A program made the position numbers and the translations under genes. The notes beneath the pieces are model-generated. The model was not told where the DNA came from. It searched no databases and saw only the letters and a program-made list of their open reading frames with translations. A stretch of 58,227 bases of DNA, counting the filler, from Nemertoderma westbladi (Eukaryota; Animalia; Xenacoelomorpha): NCBI GenBank assembly GCA_032718475.1. It is 3 parts of 3 records of this genome, joined end to end, with 100 filler letters (N's around TTAATTAATTAA, not from the genome) between each part and the next. Parts side by side here need not be neighbours in the genome. Positions count along the whole stretch, not along the records: positions 1 to 26,896 come from JAUCBJ010004325.1; positions 26,997 to 48,807 come from JAUCBJ010006841.1; 1 more part is not named here. One strand, given 5' to 3'. Of the stretch, positions 24,110 to 37,713 are shown in pieces; position 1 is the stretch's first letter, and every line of letters starts with the position of its first letter.

Positions 24110-26896
24110 ATAAAGAGCACCGAATGCAGACTGGACAGACTGATGAGGTTCTGATTAAGGACATGGGGGGCGGTTGGCGACTCGCCCTCGCGTCAGCAGA
24201 TGATAGTGGCAATGGTGGAATTGGTCTATTGATGAATCCAACTGCACATGCAGCATTGGACAAAATAGACCAAATCTCTAACCGCATCATCCGTTGCCAC
24301 TTTTCATGTTCTGGAAGACTGGCTAAGAAGTTTCCTAAGGTGGTTCTGATTGTGTGCTACTCTCCAACTAGTGTTGCTCCTGTAGAGGAGGTGGAAAATT
24401 TCTACCACAATCTACAAGCAGCTACTGATGGAGTGGATCAGCATGCATTCTTAACATTCCTGGGAGACTTTAATGCGAGTCTGCATCAATCACCTACATC
24501 GCCCTGGGTCTATAGCAATAGTGTTAACCGAAATTCTGTCCATCTTCAGGATTTTATCTCTGGAAATGGATTGTTTTCGGCTGGAACCCAGTTCAAGAAG
24601 CGAACTGGAAAGCTATGGACTCATAGTGGACCCAGTGGTCACAAGTCCCAGATAGACCATATTCTGTTTCGTAGGAAATACAGGAGCTCTATACAAGACT
24701 GTAATGCATTTACACTTCGACCATTCTCCAGTGATCACCGCCTTATTGTGGCCAAGGTAAGACTTAGTCTGCGTGCTAGCAGAACAACGAAATCTGCCTT
24801 GCCGCGGCATGACTGGTCCTCTCTGTTGCAACAGCCAAGTGTGAGATCCAGCTTCACACTACAGCTGAGCAACAGGTATGAGGCTCTTGCCTCTGAGGCG
24901 GCAGATCACTGTGAGGGCTATACTGCCTTTACAGAAGCAGTTAAGTTAGCAGCTGCAGAAACAGTTCCTGTATACCCTCGAAACAGGAAAAGGGCCCCCT
25001 GGACTGACAACAAAATTCAGAAGTGTCGAAATGACCTTCATAAGGCGCAGAAAGAGTCCCGACTAAAACAGACTACAGCGGCCAAGAATGCAGTTAAGGC
25101 TGCATCTAGGTCGCTGAACAGGCAGTACTCTGCTAATCTACAGGAGCTAATAAACCAACAGGTTGATGCCATCAATGATGCTGACGACAGCAGGCAATCA
25201 TCCCAGGCATGGAAATCGATCAATCTGCTTACTGGGCGGAAAAGCCAACCAACCACCAAGGTTAAGGCTGAATCACCAGCCGATCGCCTCAATGGTTGGA
25301 AAGCCCACTTTGAAAAGCTCCTCAATAATGACAGGGTATTGCCTGATAACTTTATAGAAGTAAAAGTGTCTGAGTCTGTACTCCCAGATATTCCCATTGG
25401 CGATATCTCTTTTGCAGAAGTGAAGGCTGCTGCAAAGAGCATTAAGACCAATCGTGCCTGTGGAGTAGATGGTGTTCCCCCTGAGGTCTTTAAAATACCT
25501 GAGTGTTTAAAGCTCATCTATCCCATCATAGTAGACATGTACCGAACAACAAGAGTCCCACAAGAAATGAAAACAAATAAGTTGGTGCCAGTTCCCAAGA
25601 AGGGCAACCTAACACTCTATGGTTCTTTTCGGGGAATCTCATTGATCTCGATTGCTGCAAAGCTATACAATAGGATTCTATTAAATCGCATCAGGGATCC
25701 CATTGAGAGACTGCTCCGTGGAAATCAGAATGGGTTCCGTAAAGGTCGTGGGACCATGGAGCCCATTTTGGCACTTAGAAGGATAATTGAAGAGTTTTCG
25801 AAAAAGAAAGACAGGCATCTGGCTGTTATCTTTGTTGACTTCTTCAAGGCCTTTGATTCAGTCTCTCGCTCACGTATGTTCAGCATACTTTCATTATATG
25901 GGATTCCTGATGAAATTATTGCAGCAATCAGATCAGTATACGATGGTTCGACAACATTTGTGTCTACTGTTGACGGTGACACAGAACCATTTGAAGTGTT
26001 ATGGGGTGTCCTCCAAGGAGACACACTTGCACCATTCTTGTTCATTATTGTGGTTGACTATGTTCTACGCATGTCCTTAGATCATTATAATGATGATGGG
26101 GTGATGATAACTCCACCTACTGGCTCCAGAAGTCGAGGAAATCCTGCCAAGTACCTAACTGATCTAGACTTTGCTGATGACTTAGGAGTACTCTCAGAAT
26201 CATTAGAGGGAGTCCAACGGCTCCTCAGCTCATTAGAACATGCTGCTTCTAGTGTTGGTCTTTTTATTAACTCCAGAAAGACCAAAATTCTGACAGTTAA
26301 CTTTGAAAGTCCTCAGCAAGTCTCTGATCGGATGAGCATAAGCTCAAAGGATGGTATGCTTGAGCATGTGGACGACTTCTGTTACCTGGGATCATGGATC
26401 CGGAAGTCAGGTGAGGACCTTCGAATACGTAAGGGAAAGGCATGGGCAGCCTTGAATAGGCTTTCCAGGATTTGGAAGTCACCGAGAATTAATCGGAAAC
26501 TTAAGGTCCGATTATTTAGAGCAGCAGTAGTTCCAGTACTCCTCTACGGGAGTCCATGCTGGGCTCTAACTGCTGAGGACACCAAATCTCTGGATGGCAC
26601 ATTCACAAGAATGCTACGCCGGGTTCATTGTGTCAAGTACAATGCACACATCTCCAACCAGACACTATATAACATTGGAGGTGTCTCATTGGTTCCCCCA
26701 AGCTTGACACTAGAACAAAATCGCCTCCGCTTTGCAGGACATTGCTTTCGCCGTGAGGACCAGCCAGTGCATAATCTTGTACTTTGGCAGCCTCATGGAG
26801 TGAATAAGCATGGTGGACAGCCCATGACTTTCTTGAGACGCATCTTAAAGGACACTGGCCTTAAAGATGCAGATGATCTAGCCAATGTCATGGGTG
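24110..26896 (+). mobile_element. RTE-clade LINE, 5'-truncated, open APE+RT frame, cut by the contig end
   Basis: EHR, CYSPT, GDFNA, QIDHIL, SDH (APE); FRGISL, NQNGFRKGR, FVDFFKAFDSV, QGDTLAPFLF, DFADD, YLGS (RT); RLRFAGHCFR..VLWQP (RTE C-terminus). No stop codon over more than 900 codons. Confidence 0.93.
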
Positions 26897-26996
26897 NNNN
26901 NNNNNNNNNNNNNNNNNNNNNNNNNNNNNNNNNNNNNNNNTTAATTAATTAANNNNNNNNNNNNNNNNNNNNNNNNNNNNNNNNNNNNNNNNNNNN
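26897..26996. other. Artificial contig spacer
   Basis: N-run + TTAATTAATTAA (stop codons in all six frames) + N-run, 100 nt in total. Confidence 0.97.
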
Positions 26997-27794
26997 ACTC
27001 GACTCGAACGATCCTGGAGTAAACCTACGATCAGAGTCCCGGAATACTCGGTCAAACCTCCTCATTCCTTAGTTGGACCTCAGACCTGCGATCTTGATGG
27101 TGTCGCGGATCCTCGCGGACTGTATTCACTGTTCAAAGATCTAGTGCTACCCTAACAATTAATCGGTAACACTCCGACAGTGATTTCTAGCTAGCCGCCC
27201 ATCTTACCTAGCCGGATTGTGACGCGGACACCTAATATCACTATCCAACCGTATGGTCGTCCACGTTTAACGCGATACAACCCCTCATCAAGGGGAAGGA
27301 GAGCGTTGTACGAAACGAGTTAAACGCTATTTTATAAAGATCAAAAAGGAAACCTGCGTTTGTTCAGATAAACGTAAGTTATAACAGTGAGTCCAATCGA
27401 TACACGAATTGGCCTTATCTCAATTCGATTGGGAAATCCAGAATCTCTGAGAAGTTATCGAACTTGGACGATCCTATTCTCTGCGAGAGTTTTTGGATGA
27501 ACGTATCCAGCTACGAGCGGAGGAAAATCAGCTCGAGGAGAAGCATATCGAAACGGCAGATACCTCGACCACAATCCTACACCTTCTGATGCAATCATAT
27601 TGTACCCTTCACCCAGGAGTTATGGCCCTCCTAGTAAAGTGGCTTCCCCCAAAGAGAAAAAGACTCTTGCTAGCCTCAAAAAACTGCGTAAACGCCGTCT
27701 GCGTAAGAAAGACTAACTGTTTAGAGTATCTTTATGTTTTAGAAACTGTGATTTTTATATTTTATAGACTGAAAATCCCATTTTCTGGGAGCGG

Positions 27795-29005
27795 TGTAAA
27801 AGCCTTTGCTGAATTGCCCCGTTATTTTTATTATCTTTTACATTAAAATACTCTGTAGTTGATTTAATAAGTGTAAGAGACCGTATTATTACTGTATCGG
27901 TGTTTTTAGAGGATCTAAGACTTATTTCCTTCGTATGTGTATTGTGAAAGGTATATTTTTATGATTCTATGGCAATTCGTGACGCAAAGGAGTGATAGCT
28001 ACTCTTGAACAGTAGTTACTATGACTACGGTTAACAGCTGACATTCATACGTGTTGATTTCCTTTGTTCTACGGCGTCTCTCAGCTCAGTCAGCCAATGA
28101 GAGCGTTTTTGTGGCTCCTTGTACAGAGAATTTCCGAGAAATGACGCAATGCCTATGTGCAGTGCTTACATTCAGTCTTGAGCCAAAGAAAGAACGGCTT
28201 AGAAATATTTTGTGCTGTACTGCTTTTTAGTCGTACACTGGTAGGTTTAATTATAAAGGGCATATATCCTTTAACAAACGGACTGACGGAACTGCATGCC
28301 TATGTGCACTGACATACCGGTGCTGATTTGTTGTTTTATACTGCTATTTGCTGTCAGTTCTTCATAATATGGTTGATGAATTATTATATTTGGAATAACG
28401 ATAAACAACCCCGAAACCCAATGTTCTTGATATACCGAAGGTAAGAGAGAAGGGTTACAGATAAACGATTGTGACTTATGTTAAAGTGGTTTGAAGTGAA
28501 TCTAATGTTATTTGATAGACCCTACATGAGTCAGCCTGTGTTCCTTTTATATGTGACTAAAATCAGTGAAGATTGGCAGATTAGTGTGCAGTATTGTGCA
28601 GCATAGTGTATGAGTGAGTCTGTTAAAGAAGCAATTCCTAAAGAATGCGCCATATATGTGGATTATAATTAAGCCATATCGTTGCGAGTAGTTTAAGTCA
28701 TAACTCTGTTTATGTAGATAAAGCGCCACGTCCTAAAGGAACTGTTAATATTACCGAAGGTGAATAATATTGTCAGAGATTATATAATACTGTCAGTCGA
28801 ATAATACATTAGGCTTACATAGCAATAAAAATTAAACCGTCGAACCCAATCTCCCGGGAATATCCAGCGGGTGAATGGTCGCGCACGGATTGGTTTCGAC
28901 TAGTGTAGTGAATCAAATACTTGTCATAGACTAAAAAGCGATTTATTATCTAGAAGACATTCTAATTTGGCGGGTTAAACTGCCAAAGGTCTGAAAGCGC
29001 GAACA
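27795..29005 (+). repeat. 3' LTR of another copy of the same BEL family
   Basis: GGGAGCGG|TGTAAAAGCCTTTGCTGAA ... GAAAGCGCGAACA. Clearly homologous to, but visibly diverged from, 15368-16560 (shared core GCGCCACGTCCTAAAGGAACTGTTAATAT). Confidence 0.8.
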
Positions 29006-29355
29006 TCCTTTCTAACTCACTTCCATCAATCCACTGATATTAACACGTTCGTTTAAAATAAAATCAGCTTACCGATATATGCTGTATATACAAACAATAT
29101 ATAATAATGCATGCAACATTTCCATTAATGTACAGTACGACCGTATATAACGATAATCGAATCTACTGTAGTTTGTCATGGTTGTCAATTATAAAAGTGC
29201 AGCTGTTTCTACATCCATTCATCTGCTGTCTTTCATCCACATACGAAGTTCGTTCGCACATTGTACAGAATATGAGGTGGGTTGTCTGATACAAGTCTTC
29301 CAATAGGAGGGGTTTAAAGTCCCTGTATTGAACCTTCTAGGCGTTCTAGAACCTT

Positions 29356-29421
29356 CTAGGAGTTCTGGGGTGGACTTAGTTGGTAGATTACAGTGAAGAA
29401 TGTGAAGAAAATACCGCTCAG
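29356..29421 (-). CDS. GRL gene exon 5 (last): LSGIFFTFFTVIYQLSPPQNS*
   Basis: Acceptor TTTTCTTTAG, phase 0. TFFTVIYQL matches the TM7 signature TYhhhhhQF of the gustatory/insect chemoreceptor superfamily. Confidence 0.85.
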   Translation of the reverse strand: MSGIFFTFFTVIYQLSPPQNS

Positions 29422-29789
29422 CTAAAGAAAATAAGTAAAATACAGTATTAATATTTATTTTATTTTCAAGTCGGTGAGTGAGAAATAAAGTAAGTTAAAT
29501 ACTTTTTATTCTATGGAGTGAAATATATGTAGTACCAGTATTTTTTCAGTATTATGAAATCGCGTTGTATTTCTGAAATGTAGTGCCTGCCCCGCTGGTG
29601 AGTGCAGGTATCATACTACTGTACATACACTACATTGTGTGACTACACTTTTGTGGGGTCTTTTCAAATGGTAAATATTCGTATGATACCGCCTTAATTT
29701 AGATATAGTTTATGTTTAATATTATAGAAATCCATCATTAATAAACTATAACTACTGCATAACGTTTATTTATATAACAATACACTTAC

Positions 29790-29948
29790 AGTAAGTAACA
29801 ATGGTTTTGTAATGATGAATAGTTCCCAACAGGTAAATCCCACATTTCGTTGATTTAGTTTGTGTAGAAAAACGTTTAGTTGAAGAAGTTCTGTATCAGT
29901 TGCTGAATTTAGTTTTGCTTTGTACAACACATCCAGCGGCTTCTGAGC
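29790..29948 (-). CDS. GRL gene exon 4: AQKPLDVLYK..LQLNVFLHKLNQRNVGFTCWELFIITKPLLLT
   Basis: TTTAG acceptor and GTAAGT donor, 53 codons. QLxxFLxxL..GFTxxxLFxI is the conserved GR/GRL last loop. Confidence 0.9.
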
Positions 29949-30528
29949 CTAAACATACAATTAATATTAAAAAACAATACATTATTACGTAATCAATAAA
30001 TTTTCTATTTGTAAATATTGAAGTATCCAAGTACATTATACCTACAATAGGGTTGTGGGCGAAAAAATTGTTGGGCTAGAAACAATAGAATAAGGGGTAA
30101 CAAGGTGCCCTGAATCGAGTGGCGGGGTGTATTTTTTGTAAAAACACGTGGAAACGGTCTAAATGGCGGGTTTAACAAATCGCGGGAAGCCAATTTTGAA
30201 AATCGGCTGTGATTGGCTGCTACAGATTTGATGTCACTACGAAGTGATCTGATAATTTCTTATATTGGTTTCTATGAAGGGTGATTTTCGACCCATTCAA
30301 GTACATATTTAATCTCAATTATTTCACCGTGGCTTATATAAATTGAAAGCGAAGAGGAGTCTTGCGCATCTTTTGACACTACAATTAATTAAATTCTTGA
30401 TGAGGAACATTAATAAAATACCGTTCACAATGGTAAACTCGACAGATTGAGGTAGGTTTACTCAACTTAAAGAATTTAAGCTGAATGCAGCAATACTCCG
30501 ATATTGCAATGCGGATAGGTGCTTGCAT

Positions 30529-33500
30529 TATTCTCGTTTATAGACCTTTAACAGTTTAACCTGCTAATTTATGTGTCTTATAATGCCTGACAGCCCATAC
30601 TAAATGTGAACACAGTAGAAGCCAGTCTAGCGCGGCGTATGACCCACAGTGTGGGAGACTGGATTCTATCCGCGGGAGTGGGATACGCTACTTTGTATTA
30701 TTCGATTGTTCTCTACTATATAATCTCCAAAAATTATGTTTATTTTCAGTGAAATACCAACAGTTCCTTTCAGGTGCTGCGCTTTAAATACTACGCAGAG
30801 ATATGACTTATACTAATTACTACGGGTGGACTGGACATGAGACTGCACAATGTTTACATTCTTTAGGAATGTATAATTATTCGCTCGCATTCACACAACT
30901 GACAATAGTACTGAGCCAAATTTGTTGGACTAGACTCCGAGCAACCAGGATTACTGGACTAATGAATCCCAACGGATCGAAATACGTGCTCAGAATACTC
31001 AAGCAGATCCTTTTAGTTCGAACAGGATCATTGCGTTGTTTTAATTGGAAGAACAAAATATCCCTCTTTGTATCCCACTTCAGTCCGAGGGTTTTGGTTT
31101 CCGGGAGGTCGTCTTTCATGAGGTCGAGATCTTTAGCACCTCGTTCCTTCTCTGGGATCGCCTCCAGAAACTCACGGGAGTTGCTGGTTAATTTAGTTAA
31201 CCGAAATCCACCGCGTTGAAGACACTCTACCGTTCCCTTGGCAACCTCTATAGCTTCTTCTACTGTAGGTAGTGACTTGAGGTTGTCGTCCAAGTAGATG
31301 TCGCGTTTGATGTTATCGATGACCGCTTTGGGAAAGGCGTCTCGATTTTCATCAGCAGTAGTACGCACCACTGAGCAGGCGTTGGACGGACTAGAGATTA
31401 TGCCGAAGGCCTGGATAGTCATCCAGTACTCTACGCAGGTTCTTTGTCGAAGTCACCATCAGGACACCATAAGAACCGTAAGCTATCTCAGTCCCGTTGC
31501 AACGCTTTTACCTGAAGAAACATGCCTTCTATATCGGAGGCAAGGCGATAGAATACTGCCGGAGTCGCAGTAGTATTCCCAACAGTGAGTGAGTTGGGTC
31601 CCGGCAATAACTCAGAGTTGAGGGATTGCCCCTTATACAGCGCAGTGCCGTCGAACACCACCCGGACTCCATTGGGCTTACCGGGTTTGGGAACGTAGTG
31701 GTGTGTTAGATAGTATGTTCTCTCCATCACAGGTGTATCGGTTGGAACTCGCTCTGCGTATCCCTTGCCGATGAACTTTTTCAACTATGTCCTGTAAATC
31801 TCTTTGGCTTTGTCATTCCTTGACAAGCGTCGATGTAGCTGTTCGATTCTCTTGATAGCTAACGGTCGGTTGTTTACGAAGCTGGGTTCTTTCTTCTGGA
31901 AAGGTAAACCAATCTCGTAACGACCCTCCTCTTTTAAATAGTAGTTGTCGCTTGGATCTGTTTAGCTCTCTCCTCCTCTACTGATAGGGCTCTATCATAC
32001 AAGTTGGGTTCCAAAGCTTCTTGCGTGAAGAAGATGCAGTTCATCTCTCAGTTTAGCATTGTATCGCTCCACTACCTCGTTGAGCTCGTCATCCTCATAA
32101 GCCAATGGTTCGTTATTGGACTGTATTAAATTACCGAGTTCGATTTGATTGAACCAAATTTGAGTTTCTGTGTGGGGTTCCATAACATTCTCCTCGTCAT
32201 AGAGTGTTTGTATATCGTCGTTATCTGAGGAGCATGGAGTTTCCTAAGCTGTCAGAGTTTCATCCATCACGGCCTCTACGCTGTTACACACTTGAGGGAC
32301 ATGTTTGTCCTCTCCTTTTTCTCAGAGGGTACGTCCAGAGGGTCCCGTGATGTACCAACCAACTCTGGTTCTTCCCACGTATGTTTGTAAGGGTTGCAGT
32401 CATACGGGTCGTTTTTCTATAGTCTCGAGCGCTTTGTGCACATTTTGGCCGATGAGCATCTGAACTCCCGGATAATCGGGTCTGAATATGGGAACTCGGT
32501 GTCTCTGGGCGAAGGAGTCTTCGTCCCAGTCATAAGGTTCTACTTGACTAGCGGCAAAGTTCTTAATAGCTACCATCTTAATGGACCTTATGCTGTTCTT
32601 ACCAGATTCATCCTGCGGAGTTGATAGTGATCCCATATAATAGTCCGTAGATACGGTTGATTTCAATACCTGCATGATTCCACTTTAATTTAGTTCTTAA
32701 TTTCTCCTGTCCTGCAAATATGTCTTCGGCCAAGTCCTTGTCTATAAAGAATACCTACCTGAATCAAGGAGTGCGTTAATGATTGAACTCTTCCCTTGTC
32801 CATGTATCCTGAGCTGCACCACTGGGAATTCTCAGATGCCTCTCGATGGTTGTGAGACCTTCCATGAGAACTGTTTATCTGGAAAGGATAGTTGGTCTTC
32901 CTCTCTGTCGGTAGTCACCTCATGGGTAAGGGCGCGGTACACTGTCGTATTGATAAGAAAACATGATTCGTTTTCATCAGAAAAGTCATTGGTTTAGAAT
33001 CCTTCCATGTCCAAACTCTGGTCCATATCAATCACATCTCCAAATTGGACATGTAACTCGGGCTCACTCACCTTGTCAAACTCGCTATGTAATAACGAGT
33101 GATGTTTGGCTCCGCACTTAGTGCACTTAGCACCTGGATAGCAATTCTTCCTCTGATGTCCCCTCCTCAGACAGTTGTAACATAACCTCTTATCCCAAGT
33201 TACACTACGTCTATCTCTGGATGGGGTGCTTCACATGACACACGTTGGTTTAAGATTGGTTACCTTAGGTTGTACGGTGTTCTGCACTCAAGCTCTTTCT
33301 TCGGGCTTCTTACCGGGAATCCTTTTGGGTGATGTCGGAGGAGTCTTATGCTGTTCTTGCTTTCCATCCTTCTGCCGATATTTGGGTTTTCCCACATCCT
33401 TGCTCTTACCTGTGTAATAGACGTCGGCAGTATCTGGTCCACAGTCCTCATCATAGTAGGTTTGACTCTCATACTCTGTGTAACATACAGGCATTACCTT

Positions 33501-35232
33501 TCTCCTAGCTACTGGTTTCTCGCTCTCCTTGGTTGCAGGGTTTTTCTCTCTAGAATGTTTAATCAGCTGTAATCTTACCTCTCTTGTCAGGAAAGACATA
33601 AGGTCCGCCATTGTAGGATCTCTCTTATGTTGATCCTCCAAGTATATCACCTTTTTGTTCCAACGAGTACCTACTCCGCCCTTAGTTAAAGATGCCGCTA
33701 CAGCTCCTACCACCATAGAACTTTGGTACTAATGAGATTTACCTAACCATTCCAACTGTCTACAGATCTCCTGAACCTCATCAGAAAACTCTATAATTCC
33801 ATTGCTAGGGAATTTTCTGGTCGCCACTAATTTTGCATACAATTATCTAGCTATGTTAGTCCTATTACCATACTTGATATTTAGGGTATCCCATACTTGT
33901 CTGAGTCCGTCAGGATGTCCAATGAACTTTAACGCCATCAATTTGGGAGGGCCTTCCAAACAACACTCGATGAGGAATCTTAACTTCTTTCCCTTTGATA
34001 GAACAAAGTTTTGTATATTGTCCTATATATATAATATAATATTAATATTAATATTAATATAATATCTATAATATTCATTTAAAGGCAACCACTTCATCTC
34101 ATCTCCATTAAACTTGACGACTTCTCCCACCTTCACGGCTTGATGGGCCTTGGTTCTCGCCATTTGACGCGTAAAGCTCTCCTGAGCCATTGTTCAATAT
34201 CGAATTATCCGAATATATATTTCTTGGATTATTATCAGGCACATATGGGGTATCATTACAAGTTGGTCTATTAATATTATTAATATTATTGGTATGATTT
34301 GCATTAAGTTTCCACTTCACTAGCAGTATAGATGCATATAGGCTCTACACCTTGCGCATGTGATTCAGACCTAAGTGGTTGAAATACAGTTACAAGGGGT
34401 GGTGGTTTACCCTTTTTTATGTTCACGAATTTATCGCTTTCCAGAGCGATTTGTTGCTATACTTCTTGCAACTCGATTTTATTCTCTCGTACTGTTCCCT
34501 TTAATGAACCAACAGTACCCTCCAAATCTGAGAGCTGTGCAGCTGATTTTGGCTTTATCTCGAGCCATCTGCCGTAGCAGTTCCCCCATCTACCTTTGTC
34601 CGCTCGACCGCTGGAGCGGGAGTCGCCAACGGAGTGGCAGCGGGATCTGGTAATTTGCATCCTATGGGAGCTCGTCTATGCGCATTGGAATGGGATTTGT
34701 AACTCCGACATTCTGATCCAGTTGTAGTCCCTTCATCTGAGGAGGTGGCAAATCCGTGTCTTTTGGAAGTTAAACGACATCTAAGTTGCGCTTGAGCCGT
34801 TTCTCTTTGCTTCTGTATCAGTTCTTCTCACTCTTGGATAGCATCCAATTCCAGTTGGGCCAAAGCTTCCAATGCGGCCTTTGCAACTGCTCTTTTAGCT
34901 TCTTCTTCTGCAGCCTTTGTCTTTGCCCTTTTTTCCGCCGCTTCCGCTTCTCTTTGTTTTTTCCTCTGCTGCTTCCGCTTCCGCTTCTTGTTTCGTTTTT
35001 TCCTACGCCTCTTTCGCTTCTTCTTCAGTTAATCTCCTCTTCACGGCCCTAGAATTTTCTCTCTCTATCAAAGTGGCCTTGTCCGCTTTATCCTGTTTGA
35101 CAGCCTGCATTTCTGTATCTAACGCGTCCAGGATGTAACTGGCGGCTTCACTGCAAGGGTGCAGTCCCACTAGATGTCTTCTTAGCTCCTGATCTCCGAT
35201 AAATCGTTGGTAGTCTGACAAATAAATGCTGT
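30529..35232 (-). mobile_element. Decayed BEL/Pao element B (partial Gag, protease, RT, partial 3' LTR) inside GRL intron 3
   Basis: Frameshifted homologues of element A Gag/protease, plus Pao RT motifs YYLTHHYV..VRVVFDG..SLNSELLPGPN, DIEGMFLQV, IYLDD, KTLGLKWD, FDPLGFISP. LTR remnant at about 30529-30870. Confidence 0.92.
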
Positions 35233-35235
35233 AAT

Positions 35236-37194
35236 ACCGGACCGGACCGTACCGTACCGTACCGTACCATACCGAACCGTACCGTACCGTACCGTACCGT
35301 ACCGTACCGTACCGTACCGTACCGTACCGTACCGTACCGTACCGTACCGTACCGTACCGTACCGTACCGTACCGTACCGTACCGTACCGTACCGTACCGT
35401 ACCGTACCGTACCGTACCGTACCGTACCGTACCGTACCGTACCGTACCGTACCGTACCGTACCGTACCGTACCGTACCGTACCGTACCGTACCGTACCGT
35501 ACCGTACCGTACCGTACCGTACCGTACCGTACCGTACCGTACCGTACCGTACCGTACCGTACCGTACCGTACCGTACCGTACCGTACCGTACCGTACCGT
35601 ACCGTACCGTACCGTACCGTACCGTACCGTACCGTACCGTACCGTACCGTACCGTACCGTACCGTACCGTACCGTACCGTACCGTACCGTACCGTACCGT
35701 ACCGTACCGTACCGTACCGTACCGTACCGTACCGTACCGTACCGTACCGTACCGTACCGTACCGTACCGTACCGTACCGTACCGTACCGTACCGTACCGT
35801 ACCGTACCGTACCGTACCGTACCGTACCGTACCGTACCGTACCGTACCGTACCGTACCGTACCGTACCGTACCGTACCGTACCGTACCGTACCGTACCGT
35901 ACCGTACCGTACCGTACCGTACCGTACCGTACCGTACCGTACCGTACCGTACCGTACCGTACCGTACCGTACCGTACCGTACCGTACCGTACCGTACCGT
36001 ACCGTACCGTACCGTACCGTACCGTACCGTACCGTACCGTACCGTACCGTACCGTACCGTACCGTACCGTACCGTACCGTACCGTACCGTACCGTACCGT
36101 ACCGTACCGTACCGTACCGTACCGTACCGTACCGTACCGTACCGTACCGTACCGTACCGTACCGTACCGTACCGTACCGTACCGTACCGTACCGTACCGT
36201 ACCGTACCGTACCGTACCGTACCGTACCGTACCGTACCGTACCGTACCGTACCGTACCGTACCGTACCGTACCGTACCGTACCGTACCGTACCGTACCGT
36301 ACCGTACCGTACCGTACCGTACCGTACCGTACCGTACCGTACCGTACCGTACCGTACCGTACCGTACCGTACCGTACCGTACCGTACCGTACCGTACCGT
36401 ACCGTACCGTACCGTACCGTACCGTACCGTACCGTACCGTACCGTACCGTACCGTACCGTACCGTACCGTACCGTACCGTACCGTACCGTACCGTACCGT
36501 ACCGTACCGTACCGTACCGTACCGTACCGTACCGTACCGTACCGTACCGTACCGTACCGTACCGTACCGTACCGTACCGTACCGTACCGTACCGTACCGT
36601 ACCGTACCGTACCGTACCGTACCGTACCGTACCGTACCGTACCGTACCGTACCGTACCGTACCGTACCGTACCGTACCGTACCGTACCGTACCGTACCGT
36701 ACCGTACCGTACCGTACCGTACCGTACCGTACCGTACCGTACCGTACCGTACCGTACCGTACCGTACCGTACCGTACCGTACCGTACCGTACCGTACCGT
36801 ACCGTACCGTACCGTACCGTACCGTACCGTACCGTACCGTACCGTACCGTACCGTACCGTACCGTACCGTACCGTACCGTACCGTACCGTACCGTACCGT
36901 ACCGTACCGTACCGTACCGTACCGTACCGTACCGTAGCGTACCGTTCCGTACCGTACCGTACCGTACCGTACCGTACCGTACCGTACCGTACCGTACCGT
37001 ACCGTACCGTACCGTACCGTACCGTACCGTACCGTACCGTACCGTACCGTACCGTACCGTACCGTACCGTACCGTACCGTACCGTACCGTACCGTACCGT
37101 ACCGTACCGTACCGTACCGTACCGTACCGTACCGTACCGTACCGTACCGTACCGTACCGTACCGTACCGTACCGTACCGTGCCGTACCGTACCG
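35236..37194. repeat. Pentanucleotide microsatellite (ACCGT)n, about 390 copies, nearly perfect
   Basis: Direct reading; only a few variant units near the ends and at about 36937-36946. Confidence 0.98.
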
Positions 37195-37472
37195 TCAACA
37201 GCACAGTATATATATGAATGTTAGACTAAAATTTGAGAATTCGCTTTTGTACTGGTACCTTGGTTTACTTAAAGTAATAGTGTGAGCAAAAAGTGTGAGC
37301 AGACATAAAAGTTAAACTTTTTTGTCGCTGTTTGACACAGGTAGAGAGGAAAGATATGTTTATATTTTTGAATAAAAGACTTGAATCTATTATTGCAGAT
37401 AAAATTAAATTATATAATTATAATTATATATAATAATTAATTGTATAATTCTAATTTAATATGAATAACTAC

Positions 37473-37713
37473 CTCGTCATTCAAATGTGCAGCGACTACG
37501 GCTGAAACAACTACTATCCCGCCTAGCAACATCAGCCACATTAGCAGCATAGACGGAAATATTGGATTGGTTATGGTGAAAGTAGTAGCCCCTTTCCAAA
37601 GTATGTAGTACAGCAATAGACTTATGTTCAATATATTGGTCACAAATATTGTAAAGAGTGGAAATGCAAACACACAATCGGCATCTTTCACCATTGTAGC
37701 CAAATATTCGTAT
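37473..37713 (-). CDS. GRL gene exon 3: (S)YEYLATMVKDADCVFAFPLF..AVVAAHLNDE, two TM helices
   Basis: ATACAG acceptor, phase 2 in and phase 0 out (GAG|GTAGTT); the frame joins exon 2 correctly. Confidence 0.88.

Noticed and set aside
26941-26952. TTAATTAATTAA motif (also at 48852-48863)
   Set aside because: Assembly linker embedded in Ns; not biological.
15368-29005. One complete BEL element bounded by LTRs 15368-16560 and 27795-29005
   Set aside because: The LTRs are visibly diverged, the flanks differ (GCAAT vs TCCTT, no TSD), and an artificial contig spacer lies between them.
35003-37204. 733-aa (TVRYG)n ORF
   Set aside because: Artefact of a stop-free pentanucleotide repeat; only the last ~60 aa are real, decayed BEL Gag.
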